Source: an uncultured Acidobacteriota bacterium (lineage in GTDB: Bacteria > Acidobacteriota > UBA6911). Taken from it: a stretch of 64,000 nt of DNA. Positions 42,014 through 50,978 of this stretch are shown here, piece by piece. Positions within the stretch are counted from its first letter, which is position 1; every line of letters begins with the position of its first letter. The stretch is from contig CAWJKZ010000013.1 of assembly GCA_963843575.1 (NCBI GenBank), positions 224,001 through 288,000 of the forward strand. Reading direction: 5' to 3'. A program made the position numbers and the translations under genes. The notes beneath the pieces were generated by a model, which made no database searches, had not been told where the DNA came from, and saw nothing but the letters and a program-made list of their open reading frames with translations.

Positions 42014-42904
42014 TCAGGCGGCGGAGGTTCCTGCGGCCAGCGCCGCGCTCAACCGGCGAATGTGCTCGGGAGTGGTGCCGCAGCAGCCGCCGATGACATT
42101 TGCGCCCGCGCTCCTGAGCATCCCGGCAAAGCCCGCAAACGTCGCCGCATCCTGCGGGTATTCCACCCCGCCTTCCTTCACGACGGGCATTCCGGCATTG
42201 GCTTTGATCCAGACCGGCAGCGTGGTGACGGCACGCATCCTCCGGCACACGGCCACGTAGTTCTCGGGACCCACCCCGCAGTTGGCTCCGACCATCCACG
42301 CTCCGGCGAGCTGCATGGCCGCGACCGCCTGCTCCGGCGTAACCCCCATCATGGTCCGGGCCCTGTCGCGCCCGGATTCGAACGTCATGCTGAGCACCAC
42401 CGGGAGAGGGGTGGCGTCGTGCGCCGCACGCGCGGCGATGCTCATCTCGGCGACGTCCACCATGGTTTCGATCAGGATCGCGTCCACCCCGCCGCGGTGG
42501 AGCGACGCTGCCTGAAGGCGATACGTGCCGTAGATCTCGTCCTCCGGCACGGTTCCCTCCATCAGGAGGACGCCCGTGGGCCCCATGGATCCGAAGATAA
42601 GGGCGGCGTCTCCAGCCGCTTCGCGGGATATGCGGGCGCCGTGCACGTTGATGTCCGCGAGTTTCCCCTCCAGCCCGTGGCGGCCGAGCACAAACCGGTT
42701 GCCGCCGAAGGTATTTGTCAGGACGACCTTCGAGCCTGCTTCCGCGTAAGAGCGCGCCACCCGCGCCACCCTGTCCGGATGTTCCAGGTTCCAGAGTTCC
42801 GGCGGGGAGCCGGGCGTCAGCCCCAGGACCTGCAGCTGCGTTCCCCAGGCGCCGTCGGAGGGTATGCACGTGGAGGCGTCGATGTCGGTCAACCGGAGTT
42901 TCAT
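42014..42904 (-). CDS. Stand-alone homocysteine S-methyltransferase domain protein
   Basis: DGAWGTQL, TNTFG, GSMGPTG, GANC, ANAGMP, IGGCCGTTPEHI. Confidence 0.92.
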   Translation of the reverse strand: MKLRLTDIDASTCIPSDGAWGTQLQVLGLTPGSPPELWNLEHPDRVARVARSYAEAGSKVVLTNTFGGNRFVLGRHGLEGKLADINVHGARISREAAGDAALIFGSMGPTGVLLMEGTVPEDEIYGTYRLQAASLHRGGVDAILIETMVDVAEMSIAARAAHDATPLPVVLSMTFESGRDRARTMMGVTPEQAVAAMQLAGAWMVGANCGVGPENYVAVCRRMRAVTTLPVWIKANAGMPVVKEGGVEYPQDAATFAGFAGMLRSAGANVIGGCCGTTPEHIRRLSAALAAGTSAA

Positions 42905-42971
42905 GATCCCATTCTAACCCGGCTTCCCGCAGCTTCGAAGAAGATGTGAAATAAAACAAGGCCCGATCTCA

Positions 42972-43211
42972 GGGTTCGCGCAAGAATAAGTTCACATTTT
43001 GGGGCGAGCGCCGGGCGGGCAGATGCAAGGCGCCGCGACGCAGGCGATGTGGGGACATCGTCGAGGAGCGGCAACGCCGCAGATGCCAGCCCGCCGCCGC
43101 GCCCAGGAGGGCCGACGGCTCCGCTAACAGCAATCTCCTATCGTTGCTTGCTGTAGGATCTGTTGGCTCGGGAGCCGTGAGCATAATGTGAAATTATTCT
43201 CGCGCGAGCCC
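42972..43211 (-). mobile_element. MITE family A, copy 2
   Basis: Reverse orientation of copy 1; TCA duplicated on both sides (CTCAG context). Confidence 0.88.
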
Positions 43212-43368
43212 TCAGGCGGAGGCCGCGGCTGCAACCCTGCCCAGGAGCTCCCCTCCGGGTTCAGACGACTCCAAGGAGCTCGACGGATGCTCGGCCCGTG
43301 CCGGACTTCAAATGTTTCCGCTTTCGATTCTTGATCTGCGGGGACACTTCAATTAACTTTCCAGCCTC

Positions 43369-44013
43369 ATGCTGCGTTTCCTGCTGTTCGATCTCGACAA
43401 CACGCTCTACCCGCAGTCGTGCGGCCTCTGGGAAGCCATTGGCGACCGGATCAACCTTTTCATGACGGAACGGCTTGGTTTCGATCCCGCCGAAGTCACC
43501 GCAACCCGGGAGCACTACCTCAACGCCTTCGGTACGACGCTGAACGCCCTGCGCCACTATCACAACGTCAACCCGGACGAGTTTCTCGACTTCGTGCACG
43601 ACCTGCCGCTCGCGCAGTATATCGATCGTGATCCTTTGCTGGACGGTATGCTCGCCCGGATGCGGCTGCGCAAGGTGATCTTCACAAATGCCGACGCGCC
43701 GCACGCCGTGCGCGTGCTCGAGCGGCTCGGGATCGCGCACCACTTTGAGCGGATCATCGACATCCGCGCGCTGGAGTTCATCGTCAAGCCGGATCGGCGT
43801 GCCTACGAGAGGGCGCTGCGGATGATCGAAGCCCGCGCCGAGGAGTGCGTGTTCGTCGAGGACTCGCTCCTGAACCTGCTCCCGGCCCGCAAGATGGGCA
43901 TGCTCACCGTGCTGCTGCGCGACGGCGAAGTTGCCGGGGGCGCGGATGGCCAGATTTCCAGGATCACCGACCTGGAGCGGCTGCTGACCCCCCCAGTGCA
44001 TGCGGCGGACTGA
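43369..44013 (+). CDS. HAD-superfamily pyrimidine 5'-nucleotidase-like protein
   Basis: FDLDNTLY, FGTTL, IFTNA, KP, FVEDS..NL. Confidence 0.9.
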   Translation: MLRFLLFDLDNTLYPQSCGLWEAIGDRINLFMTERLGFDPAEVTATREHYLNAFGTTLNALRHYHNVNPDEFLDFVHDLPLAQYIDRDPLLDGMLARMRLRKVIFTNADAPHAVRVLERLGIAHHFERIIDIRALEFIVKPDRRAYERALRMIEARAEECVFVEDSLLNLLPARKMGMLTVLLRDGEVAGGADGQISRITDLERLLTPPVHAAD

Positions 44014-44875
44014 TCCCGGGCGGAAGGTATTTCCGGAATTCCGCGGGCGGCGGGATCTGGAACTGCACGCGCCGCCGATCGACAGGGTGGTCGAACCCCA
44101 GAAGAAACGCGTGCAGCCCGATGCGGCCAAACGGATCCATGGTGCTGCCGTAGGCGCGGTCCCCGACTATCGGGTGTCCGGCTTCTGCCATGTGCGCCCG
44201 GATCTGGTTCTTTCTGCCCGTCTCGAGCGTCACTTCGAGCGACGTGATGTTCGACAGGCGCCGCAGCACCCGGTAGTGGGTTACGGCGCGCTTGCCGGCG
44301 TCCGGGTCTTCCGTCGAGTGCATGCGCCGGTCCCGGGTTTCGGCGAGTCGGCTCTCGATCGTTCCGTGCTGAGCCGCCACGATTCCCTCGACGATGGCGA
44401 AATATTTCCTGTCGATGGAGTGTTTCCTGAACTGCGCCTGCAACGCCTCCTTTACCCCGGATCCCTTGGCGAAGACCAGGAGCCCGCTGACAAACTTGTC
44501 CAGCCGGTGCACGATGAAAAGCTTCTGGCGCGCATCCTGTTCTTTGAGGCGGAGCCGCAGAAAGGCGTAAACCGTCCGTTCGTGTTCGTGCGGTGTGGAG
44601 ACGGTCAGGAGACCGGCGGGTTTGTGCACGACGAGCAAGGCGCCGTCTTCGAACAGGATCTCGATCCCATGGACCCGGGTGGGCGCGTCGGTGCGCCCAC
44701 CGATCTCGACCACGTCGCCCCTCAGGACATGCCGGCGTGCGATCCTGCAAACCTCGCCGTTGACGCGCACGCGGCCCGCGTCCAGCATCTGGCGGAGGGT
44801 CCGGTTGGCCGCCCCCGGCACGAGCGAACGCAGGGCATCGAGCAGGGCACAGGCTTCCGGGAGGACTGCACGCAC
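43964..44875 (-). CDS. RluA family pseudouridine synthase
   Basis: S4-like N-term, HKPAGL, HRLD, GRKNQIRAH, HPIVGD, LHA; start uncertain. Confidence 0.9.
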   Translation of the reverse strand: MRAVLPEACALLDALRSLVPGAANRTLRQMLDAGRVRVNGEVCRIARRHVLRGDVVEIGGRTDAPTRVHGIEILFEDGALLVVHKPAGLLTVSTPHEHERTVYAFLRLRLKEQDARQKLFIVHRLDKFVSGLLVFAKGSGVKEALQAQFRKHSIDRKYFAIVEGIVAAQHGTIESRLAETRDRRMHSTEDPDAGKRAVTHYRVLRRLSNITSLEVTLETGRKNQIRAHMAEAGHPIVGDRAYGSTMDPFGRIGLHAFLLGFDHPVDRRRVQFQIPPPAEFRKYLPPGISPPHALGGSAAAPGR

Positions 44876-44885
44876 CTGGGACGGC

Positions 44886-45308
44886 CTAGTTTGTTCTGTT
44901 GCAGACGAGCGTTCGTGTGGAATCGGCGAATCGGACGGTGATTTTGTTCGGGGCGGTGAAGGTCTGGACGCAGCCGAGCCCGAACGTGCTGTGCTCGATC
45001 CAGTCCCCTTCGCCAAAACTTCCCGCCATCGAATAGGTCTTGTGCGGCCTCCCCGACGCGTCCTGCATGATCTCGTCCCAGGATTGCCGCACCTTGCGGG
45101 TCGAGGTGGACTTGGCCTTTGATGCCGGCTTCTTGGCCGCGGCTTTCGCCACGGGTTTGGTCGGCCGGAAGTTGTGGTCGCCGCCGCAGGTGTTGCACTT
45201 CACGCGGCGCGGCTTGGCCCCCTGAACAGCCACAATCGTGTGCGCAAGCACCATCTTGCATTTCGTGCAATAGGCCTCGACGTCCGAACCAACCGCTATT
45301 TTTGTCAT
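44886..45308 (-). CDS. Hypothetical zinc-ribbon protein
   Basis: CTKC...CNTC, Lys/Ala linker, C-terminal H.TFGLG.V. Confidence 0.8.
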   Translation of the reverse strand: MTKIAVGSDVEAYCTKCKMVLAHTIVAVQGAKPRRVKCNTCGGDHNFRPTKPVAKAAAKKPASKAKSTSTRKVRQSWDEIMQDASGRPHKTYSMAGSFGEGDWIEHSTFGLGCVQTFTAPNKITVRFADSTRTLVCNRTN

Positions 45309-45530
45309 CAGGTTTTACCTCGAAAGCATAAATTATAGCACAAAAAACCTCCGGAGCTAGGCGCCTGGGCGCATCCCGTCACACCCCGCTACCGGAAGTC
45401 CCGGCGCCTCGGCGCCACCACCAAAGCGGCATCGAGCCTTGGGCCTCATGCGCATCGTGAACCGGGGAAAACAAAAGCCGGCCACGGAAGGACCCGGAAA
45501 AACACGGAATCCAGCACGCGGCGTCGCTCA

Positions 45531-45771
45531 GGGCTCGCGCAAAAGTCATTTCACATTTTGCTGACGGCTCCCGAGCCGACAGATCCTACGGCAGGCAACG
45601 ATAGGAGATTGCTATTAACTGAGCCGTCAACCCTCCGGGGCGCGGCGGTGGGCGGGCAACTGCGGCGTTGCCGCTTCCCGACGATGTTCACCACATCGCC
45701 TGCGTCGCGGCGCCTTGCATCAGTCCGCCCGGCGCTCGCGCCTAAATGTGAACTTATTCTTGCGCGAACCC
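45531..45771 (+). mobile_element. MITE family A, copy 3
   Basis: Same TIRs and core; left flank TCA, right flank TTCA. Confidence 0.85.
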
Positions 45772-45808
45772 TTCAGATGCTTGCCGGGGGGTACAGCGGG
45801 GAACCCGT

Positions 45809-46966
45809 TCAGAGCTTCCGCGCCAGCGTGTTCATGAAGGCGCGGATCTGGTCTAGGTTGTCGCGGATTGAGTGGACATCGTCCTCTATCGGCGGGCGCG
45901 AGTCTTCGGAGGGCGTTTCCAGCCCCTGCAGGCGCTGTTCGAGCGCCGCCAGCCGCGCGGCCATCTCCGCCGATTCCGATTCCAGGCTCGCCATCCCATT
46001 CTTCAGTTCGACCAGAACCGGGGTGTATTCTCCAACCCACTTCTTCAGGGCGGCGACGTCGTCGGCCAGGGCCCGCAGATCGGCCCCGTGCGCCGCAGTC
46101 GGCGCATCGAGCGCAGCGAGCTGCTTGAAGCTTTGGCGGACTTCCGCCCGCAACGCCAGCACCTCCGTCTGCAGCTCGTTCAGTTTTGCGGAGCCGCCGT
46201 TGAACGGGTCCTTCCTCACTGACTCGATTGCGTGTTGCAGGGACTCGACCTGGTTCTGAAGCACAAGCGCATTCTTCTTCAGATCGCCGATCTCCGAGTA
46301 CCTGATCGTGGCAGCCTGCACGGCGGGCCGCAGCTCCCCCAACTCCCGGAGCGCGCTTTCCAGGGCCCCGGCTCCCTTCGCCTCGGCGCCCTGCGCCGCG
46401 GCGATCTTGCCGTCGAGTTCACCCAGCCGGGATTCGAGCCTCGCCAGGGCGTCCGCAACCTGCGGGTCCGGCAGCGCGGATTGATCCTGCGCCGTCTTCT
46501 CCAGGGCCGCTTCAAGGCGATCGATCTTCTCCAGCAGAGGCCGCAGATCTTCTTCCCAAATCTGTTCCTTCAGGAGGTCCAGCGGCGGGTCCGGCGGCGT
46601 CTGCGGGATGTCGTCGACTCGCGACTCGAAATCCGCCAACCGCGCCCCCATCTGGCTGACCGCGTCACGCATTTTCTGATCGAGGCCGCGCAATTCGGAC
46701 CGGATCTGGTTTCTTTCGGCCCTCTCAAACTCGACCTCGCCGAACCGCCGGCTCAGCTCACGCACGGTCTGGCGCAACTCGGCCAGGTCGGTCGGCGGAA
46801 GCTCATCGGGTAGCGCGGGTTGCAGCGGGCTGCGCTGTTGGGCTGCCTGGGATTCCGGCCGGCTCGCCCTGTCGGTCAGGTGCAGAACATACTTGCTGAA
46901 AACGATCCCGCATTTCACGCAGTCGAGACGCTCTTCCTGGGGGTATCCGCATTTTGGGCAGTTCAC
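45809..46966 (-). CDS. Zinc ribbon + long coiled-coil protein
   Basis: CPKCG...CVKCG followed by heptad-rich sequence. Confidence 0.8.
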   Translation of the reverse strand: MNCPKCGYPQEERLDCVKCGIVFSKYVLHLTDRASRPESQAAQQRSPLQPALPDELPPTDLAELRQTVRELSRRFGEVEFERAERNQIRSELRGLDQKMRDAVSQMGARLADFESRVDDIPQTPPDPPLDLLKEQIWEEDLRPLLEKIDRLEAALEKTAQDQSALPDPQVADALARLESRLGELDGKIAAAQGAEAKGAGALESALRELGELRPAVQAATIRYSEIGDLKKNALVLQNQVESLQHAIESVRKDPFNGGSAKLNELQTEVLALRAEVRQSFKQLAALDAPTAAHGADLRALADDVAALKKWVGEYTPVLVELKNGMASLESESAEMAARLAALEQRLQGLETPSEDSRPPIEDDVHSIRDNLDQIRAFMNTLARKL

Positions 46967-47045
46967 AGCGACTCCGGTCCAATGAGTCGGGGGGACGCAT
47001 CTTCATGGGTGCCTGTTTTCAGATCGGCCGGATTGCCCGGCGACT

Positions 47046-47588
47046 TCAGACAAAGTTCATGCGGTACCAGAGCAGCCCCAGGATGGTTTTGGCGTCGGCG
47101 ATGTCCCCTTTCCGGATGCCCTCGAGGCACTCATCGAGCGTGTAGGGTTGCACCGTAATGTGCTCTCCCTCCTCGAGCTTCTGCGACTCAGCCTTGAGCC
47201 CGCGCGCCAGATACAGGTGGATCACCTCGTTGCTGATCCCCGGCGTCGAGTAGAACGACAGCTGGTACGTGATCTCGGAAGCGCGGTGGCCGGTCTCCTC
47301 CTCTATCTCCCGGGTAATCGTTTCCAGCGGGGTCAGGCCGGAGTCGAGCTTGCCGGCGGGCAGTTCGAGGATGAATTTGCCCAGCGGGTACCGGAATTGG
47401 CGGATCAGCAGGATACGTCCGTCGTCGAGTACCGGCACGGCGACAACTCCGCCCGGGTGAAGCACCACCTCGCGGATCGCCGTGCCCCCGGAAGGCAGCC
47501 GGATCGTGTCGACCTGAAGTGTGACGATCACACCGCGGTAGTACTCGTCATGCCGTAAAACCACAGTCTCGGGATTTTCAGAGGTCAT
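47046..47588 (-). CDS. nudF: NUDIX hydrolase, ADP-ribose pyrophosphatase type
   Basis: REVVLHPGGV, QFRYP, ELPAGK..REIEEETG, STPG, DAKT. Confidence 0.9.
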   Translation of the reverse strand: MTSENPETVVLRHDEYYRGVIVTLQVDTIRLPSGGTAIREVVLHPGGVVAVPVLDDGRILLIRQFRYPLGKFILELPAGKLDSGLTPLETITREIEEETGHRASEITYQLSFYSTPGISNEVIHLYLARGLKAESQKLEEGEHITVQPYTLDECLEGIRKGDIADAKTILGLLWYRMNFV

Positions 47589-47694
47589 GTGTGGGTCTCG
47601 TTTCAGCCCCGATCATATCAGGTTTGAGGAGCAGGTGTCGGGGATTGGACTGCGTCGGCCGGCACCGGTACCGGCGAGAGCGGCACAAGCGGCA

Positions 47695-47723
47695 TTGTCG
47701 CATCTGTGCAGAACGTTTATAAT
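47695..47723 (+). promoter_or_regulatory. sigma70 promoter of the radical SAM operon
   Basis: TTGTCG-N17-TATAAT. Confidence 0.6.
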
Positions 47724-47836
47724 CGGCGGCGCAAACGGGTTGACAGCCGGACGGCGACCCGACCCGGTGGAGTTCCGTCACATCCGATACCGACCCGCGG
47801 CGGTCGCGATTCCGCAGAGAGGACCCCTCCCAGTCG

Positions 47837-49216
47837 ATGCAATACCATCTCGAGAATGAGCTGTTTCAGATTGACGTCGGCCGGGAATGGATCGTGTATG
47901 CGCCCTTGAAGCGGATTGCCTTCCGGGCCAATGGACTGCTCGTCAACCTGCTCTGCGACATCCAGGACGGAGTCGCCATAGATCCAGAGAGTTGCGGCGA
48001 AGCTCTCGCGAAGCTGCAGGAATGCGGAGTCCTCGCCGCCACCCACGAAGAGTCCCCGTCCCGCGGCGTGCGTGATCTGTCCGAAGAGCCCTTCCAGCCC
48101 GTCAACCTCACGCTCTTCCTGACATCGGACTGCAACCTCGCGTGCCGGTACTGCTACGGTGACGGCGGAGCCCGGCGCGCCAGCATGCCCATGTCGGTCG
48201 GTTTGGCGGCAATCGACGTTCTCTTTCGGAACGCACGGCGGAAGGGAGCCCACAAGGTCCATCTCGGATTCCACGGGGGCGGAGAACCGACCCTGAGGAT
48301 GGACACCCTGAAGCGGCTGGTCCGGCATGCGCGCAGGCTGGCCCACGAGCACAAGATCGACCTTGCTCTCGGACTCACGTCAAACGGGGTGATGCCCGAA
48401 GAGGCAGCCAGGTGGATCGCGTGCAATATTCATCAACTCAACATCTCGCTCGACGGCCCCGGGGCCATGCAGGATTTCCAGCGGCCCATGAGAAACGGCG
48501 CCGGATCTTCCGAGAGAGTCGCCAGGACCCTTCGGATCCTGGAAGAGCAGGGAACCCCCTATCACCTCCGCGGCACCGTCACCCGTATCTCGGAGGAACG
48601 GATTCCGGAGATCGTGAGTTACCTCACCGGCAAGTTCTCTCCTGCCAGCATCCAGCTGGAACCCATGTTCAGCTCGAGTCGAGCGGAGAAGGCCGGCATT
48701 GGGAAGCCCGATGAGGGCAGCTTTGTGCGGGGGTTTCTTGCGGCGGGGGAGATTGCCAGGAAGAAAGGGATCCGCCTGCATTTTTCCGGCGACAGGTTCC
48801 CCGCGATTTCGAGCCGTTTCTGCAGCATCGGCTGGGAGACCTTTGCCGTTACCCCCGAGGGTCGCGCCACGGCGTGCTTTGAAGTGTTGCGGGAAGAGGA
48901 CTCCCGGTCGAAGATTTTTTTCTTCGGGACGTTCAGCGACGGGCACGGTTTTTCCTTTCAGCCGGACCGGATCCGACACCTGCGCGTCCTGTCCGAGACC
49001 GAGTTGCCCCACTGCCGCGACTGCTTTGCCAAGTTCCACTGCGCGGGCGATTGCCGGGCGAAAGGGCTCTACCCGGACAGCAGGGCGACGGAGGTACAGG
49101 GCACGAGTCGGTGTCGCATAATCCAGGCCCTGACGAAGGCCAGGTTGGTTGAACTCCTGGAGTCGGTGCCGCTGGTCCGACTGGAAAACGCCGGGGAGGC
49201 ACCGAACGAATGCTGA
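47837..49216 (+). CDS. Radical SAM/SPASM peptide maturase 1 (putative N-terminal RRE)
   Basis: CNLACRYC, FHGGGEPT, ISLDG; SPASM CSIG..ACF..CRDCFAKFHCAGDC..C. Confidence 0.92.
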   Translation: MQYHLENELFQIDVGREWIVYAPLKRIAFRANGLLVNLLCDIQDGVAIDPESCGEALAKLQECGVLAATHEESPSRGVRDLSEEPFQPVNLTLFLTSDCNLACRYCYGDGGARRASMPMSVGLAAIDVLFRNARRKGAHKVHLGFHGGGEPTLRMDTLKRLVRHARRLAHEHKIDLALGLTSNGVMPEEAARWIACNIHQLNISLDGPGAMQDFQRPMRNGAGSSERVARTLRILEEQGTPYHLRGTVTRISEERIPEIVSYLTGKFSPASIQLEPMFSSSRAEKAGIGKPDEGSFVRGFLAAGEIARKKGIRLHFSGDRFPAISSRFCSIGWETFAVTPEGRATACFEVLREEDSRSKIFFFGTFSDGHGFSFQPDRIRHLRVLSETELPHCRDCFAKFHCAGDCRAKGLYPDSRATEVQGTSRCRIIQALTKARLVELLESVPLVRLENAGEAPNEC

Positions 49217-49288
49217 AGATTCCTCCGCCGGCACGAGTTGGCGGAGATAAGCCAACCCGCTCCTGGACTCGCACTTTCCCGGGTTAGA

Positions 49289-50698
49289 ATGATGGTTTCG
49301 GATGCACGCTACATCTACGCTATCCCCATCTCGGGGAAGCACCTCGTCTATGCCCCGCTAAAAAAGCTGGCAGCCCTGGTAAATGGGAAGGCCGTTGCCT
49401 CGCTTGGCGGGTGGCTCCGGGATGACGCGGGGGGAAAACAGCCGATTGCCGGGCTGGAGCCTCTGTGCGAAGGGGTGGAGGAGCCTGACGGGTACATGCC
49501 GGAAATGAAGACCGGCCCGATTTCCCCCGCTTTTCTGGGTATCATCCCGTCGCGCTCGTGCAACCTCGCCTGTTCGTACTGCAGTTTCGGGGCTGCGCAC
49601 GCGCCGCGCGAGCAGATGAACCCCCTCGTGGCGGCTTCGGCCGTCGAGTGGATGGCGGAGAATTGTGCGCAGCGCGGGGAAACGAGGCTCGAGGTTCACT
49701 TTTTTGGCGGTGAACCTCTGGTCGCCGCCGACGTCGTCGAGGTTGTCGTCCACAAGGCCCGGGCGATGGCCGAGAAACTCGGGCTGGTCCCGCACCTGGA
49801 GCTCAGTACCAACGGCCTATTCGATCAGGACTGGGCCGGTTTCGTGGGTGACTACTTCGACACGGTCGTGCTTTCGCTGGACGGGCCCGCCGACATCCAC
49901 GACCGGCAAAGGCCGAGGCCGGGAGGCGGGGGTAGCTTCGAGGCGGTCGTCGCCACCGCACGTTGTCTGGCCCAGTCGCAGGCCGAACTCTGTCTGCGCG
50001 GATGCATCAGTTCGGGCAGCGTCGCCCGCATGGAGGAGATCGCGGGCTGGTTTTGCGAAGCCTTCGATCCCAAGGCCGTCAATTTCGAGACGCTGCAACC
50101 CACCGTCCGCTCCGACAGCGCGGGCCTGCGACCGCCCGATCCCTATGAATTTGCCCGGCACTTCATCCGAGCGGAGAAGGTCGCACGGGAGGCGGGAGTC
50201 ACAACGGTCCATGCCTCGGCTGAAATCGGCAAGAACAGATTCAGCTTCTGCCCGGTCGGGACCGACACCCTGGTCGTCTCCCCGGACGGTCGCGTCAGCA
50301 GCTGTTACCTCCCCGAGCGTGAGTGGAAGGCCCGGGGGCTGGATTTCCATGTCGGCAGCGTCGGGCGGCGACGCACGTTCGGCATCGACCTCGAACACAT
50401 CGAAGCGCTGCGCGATTGCGTGACGACCGAGCCGGATCGGTGCGCGCGATGTTTCTGCCGCTGGACCTGCTCCGGGGGGTGCCGCGTCAACCACTCCTAT
50501 CCGGGCTGTTCACGCCATTACGACGACTTCTGCATTCAGACGCGGATCATCACGGCGTGCAGGCTCCTGCTGTCGCTTGGCCTGCCGGACCTCGTCGAGC
50601 CGCTGATCAGCCGTCGCGAAGACATGCAGTTGCTGGCGTTAAAAACCTCGGATCGGCTTGACGCTTGGGAGAACCAGGATGCCGGGCGTGACCTCTGA
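49289..50698 (+). CDS. Radical SAM/SPASM peptide maturase 2 (putative N-terminal RRE)
   Basis: CNLACSYC, FFGGEP, LSLDG; SPASM CPVG..SSCY..CARCFCRWTCSGGC..C; start uncertain (49238-49292). Confidence 0.92.
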   Translation: MMVSDARYIYAIPISGKHLVYAPLKKLAALVNGKAVASLGGWLRDDAGGKQPIAGLEPLCEGVEEPDGYMPEMKTGPISPAFLGIIPSRSCNLACSYCSFGAAHAPREQMNPLVAASAVEWMAENCAQRGETRLEVHFFGGEPLVAADVVEVVVHKARAMAEKLGLVPHLELSTNGLFDQDWAGFVGDYFDTVVLSLDGPADIHDRQRPRPGGGGSFEAVVATARCLAQSQAELCLRGCISSGSVARMEEIAGWFCEAFDPKAVNFETLQPTVRSDSAGLRPPDPYEFARHFIRAEKVAREAGVTTVHASAEIGKNRFSFCPVGTDTLVVSPDGRVSSCYLPEREWKARGLDFHVGSVGRRRTFGIDLEHIEALRDCVTTEPDRCARCFCRWTCSGGCRVNHSYPGCSRHYDDFCIQTRIITACRLLLSLGLPDLVEPLISRREDMQLLALKTSDRLDAWENQDAGRDL

Positions 50699-50978
50699 GC
50701 ACGGGGCGAGCTTTCGTGTCGCTGCGCACGTGAGCTGGGCACCGGAGAGCTGTGGGATCCGTGTCGTCGACAGGCAGACGAACGGGGTCCGCGTTCTCGA
50801 TTACCCACGGGCTGCCGTCTGGGACTGCGTCGCCCGCGGGAGGACCTATGTCCAGGCACTACGATTGCTGTGCGCGCTGTATCCGGTCGACGAGTCCGGC
50901 GCGGAGCGCATGGTCCTGCAATGCCTCTCGGAGTGGATGAAGTGGGGCCTCGTGACACGCGTGAACGAGCATGACTAA
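50679..50978 (+). CDS. Stand-alone PqqD/RRE family protein
   Basis: GGGAG SD; three predicted strands then AAVWD...LCALYPVD....CLSEWMKWGLV helices; overlaps both neighbours. Confidence 0.72.
   Translation: MPGVTSEHGASFRVAAHVSWAPESCGIRVVDRQTNGVRVLDYPRAAVWDCVARGRTYVQALRLLCALYPVDESGAERMVLQCLSEWMKWGLVTRVNEHD

Noticed and set aside
42014-42904. Truncated metH
   Set aside because: Stand-alone homocysteine-binding domains of split methionine synthases are well known, and the ORF is intact.
30654-45771. Short ORFs repeated at 30681, 42969 and 45558 (MLTAPEPTDPT...) as a peptide family
   Set aside because: They are translations of the MITE sequence, with variable ends and no SD.
47837-50698. Anaerobic sulfatase maturase system (anSME + FGE)
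   Set aside because: No sulfatase gene nearby, the FGE domain appears non-catalytic, and the RRE/precursor context fits peptide modification better.
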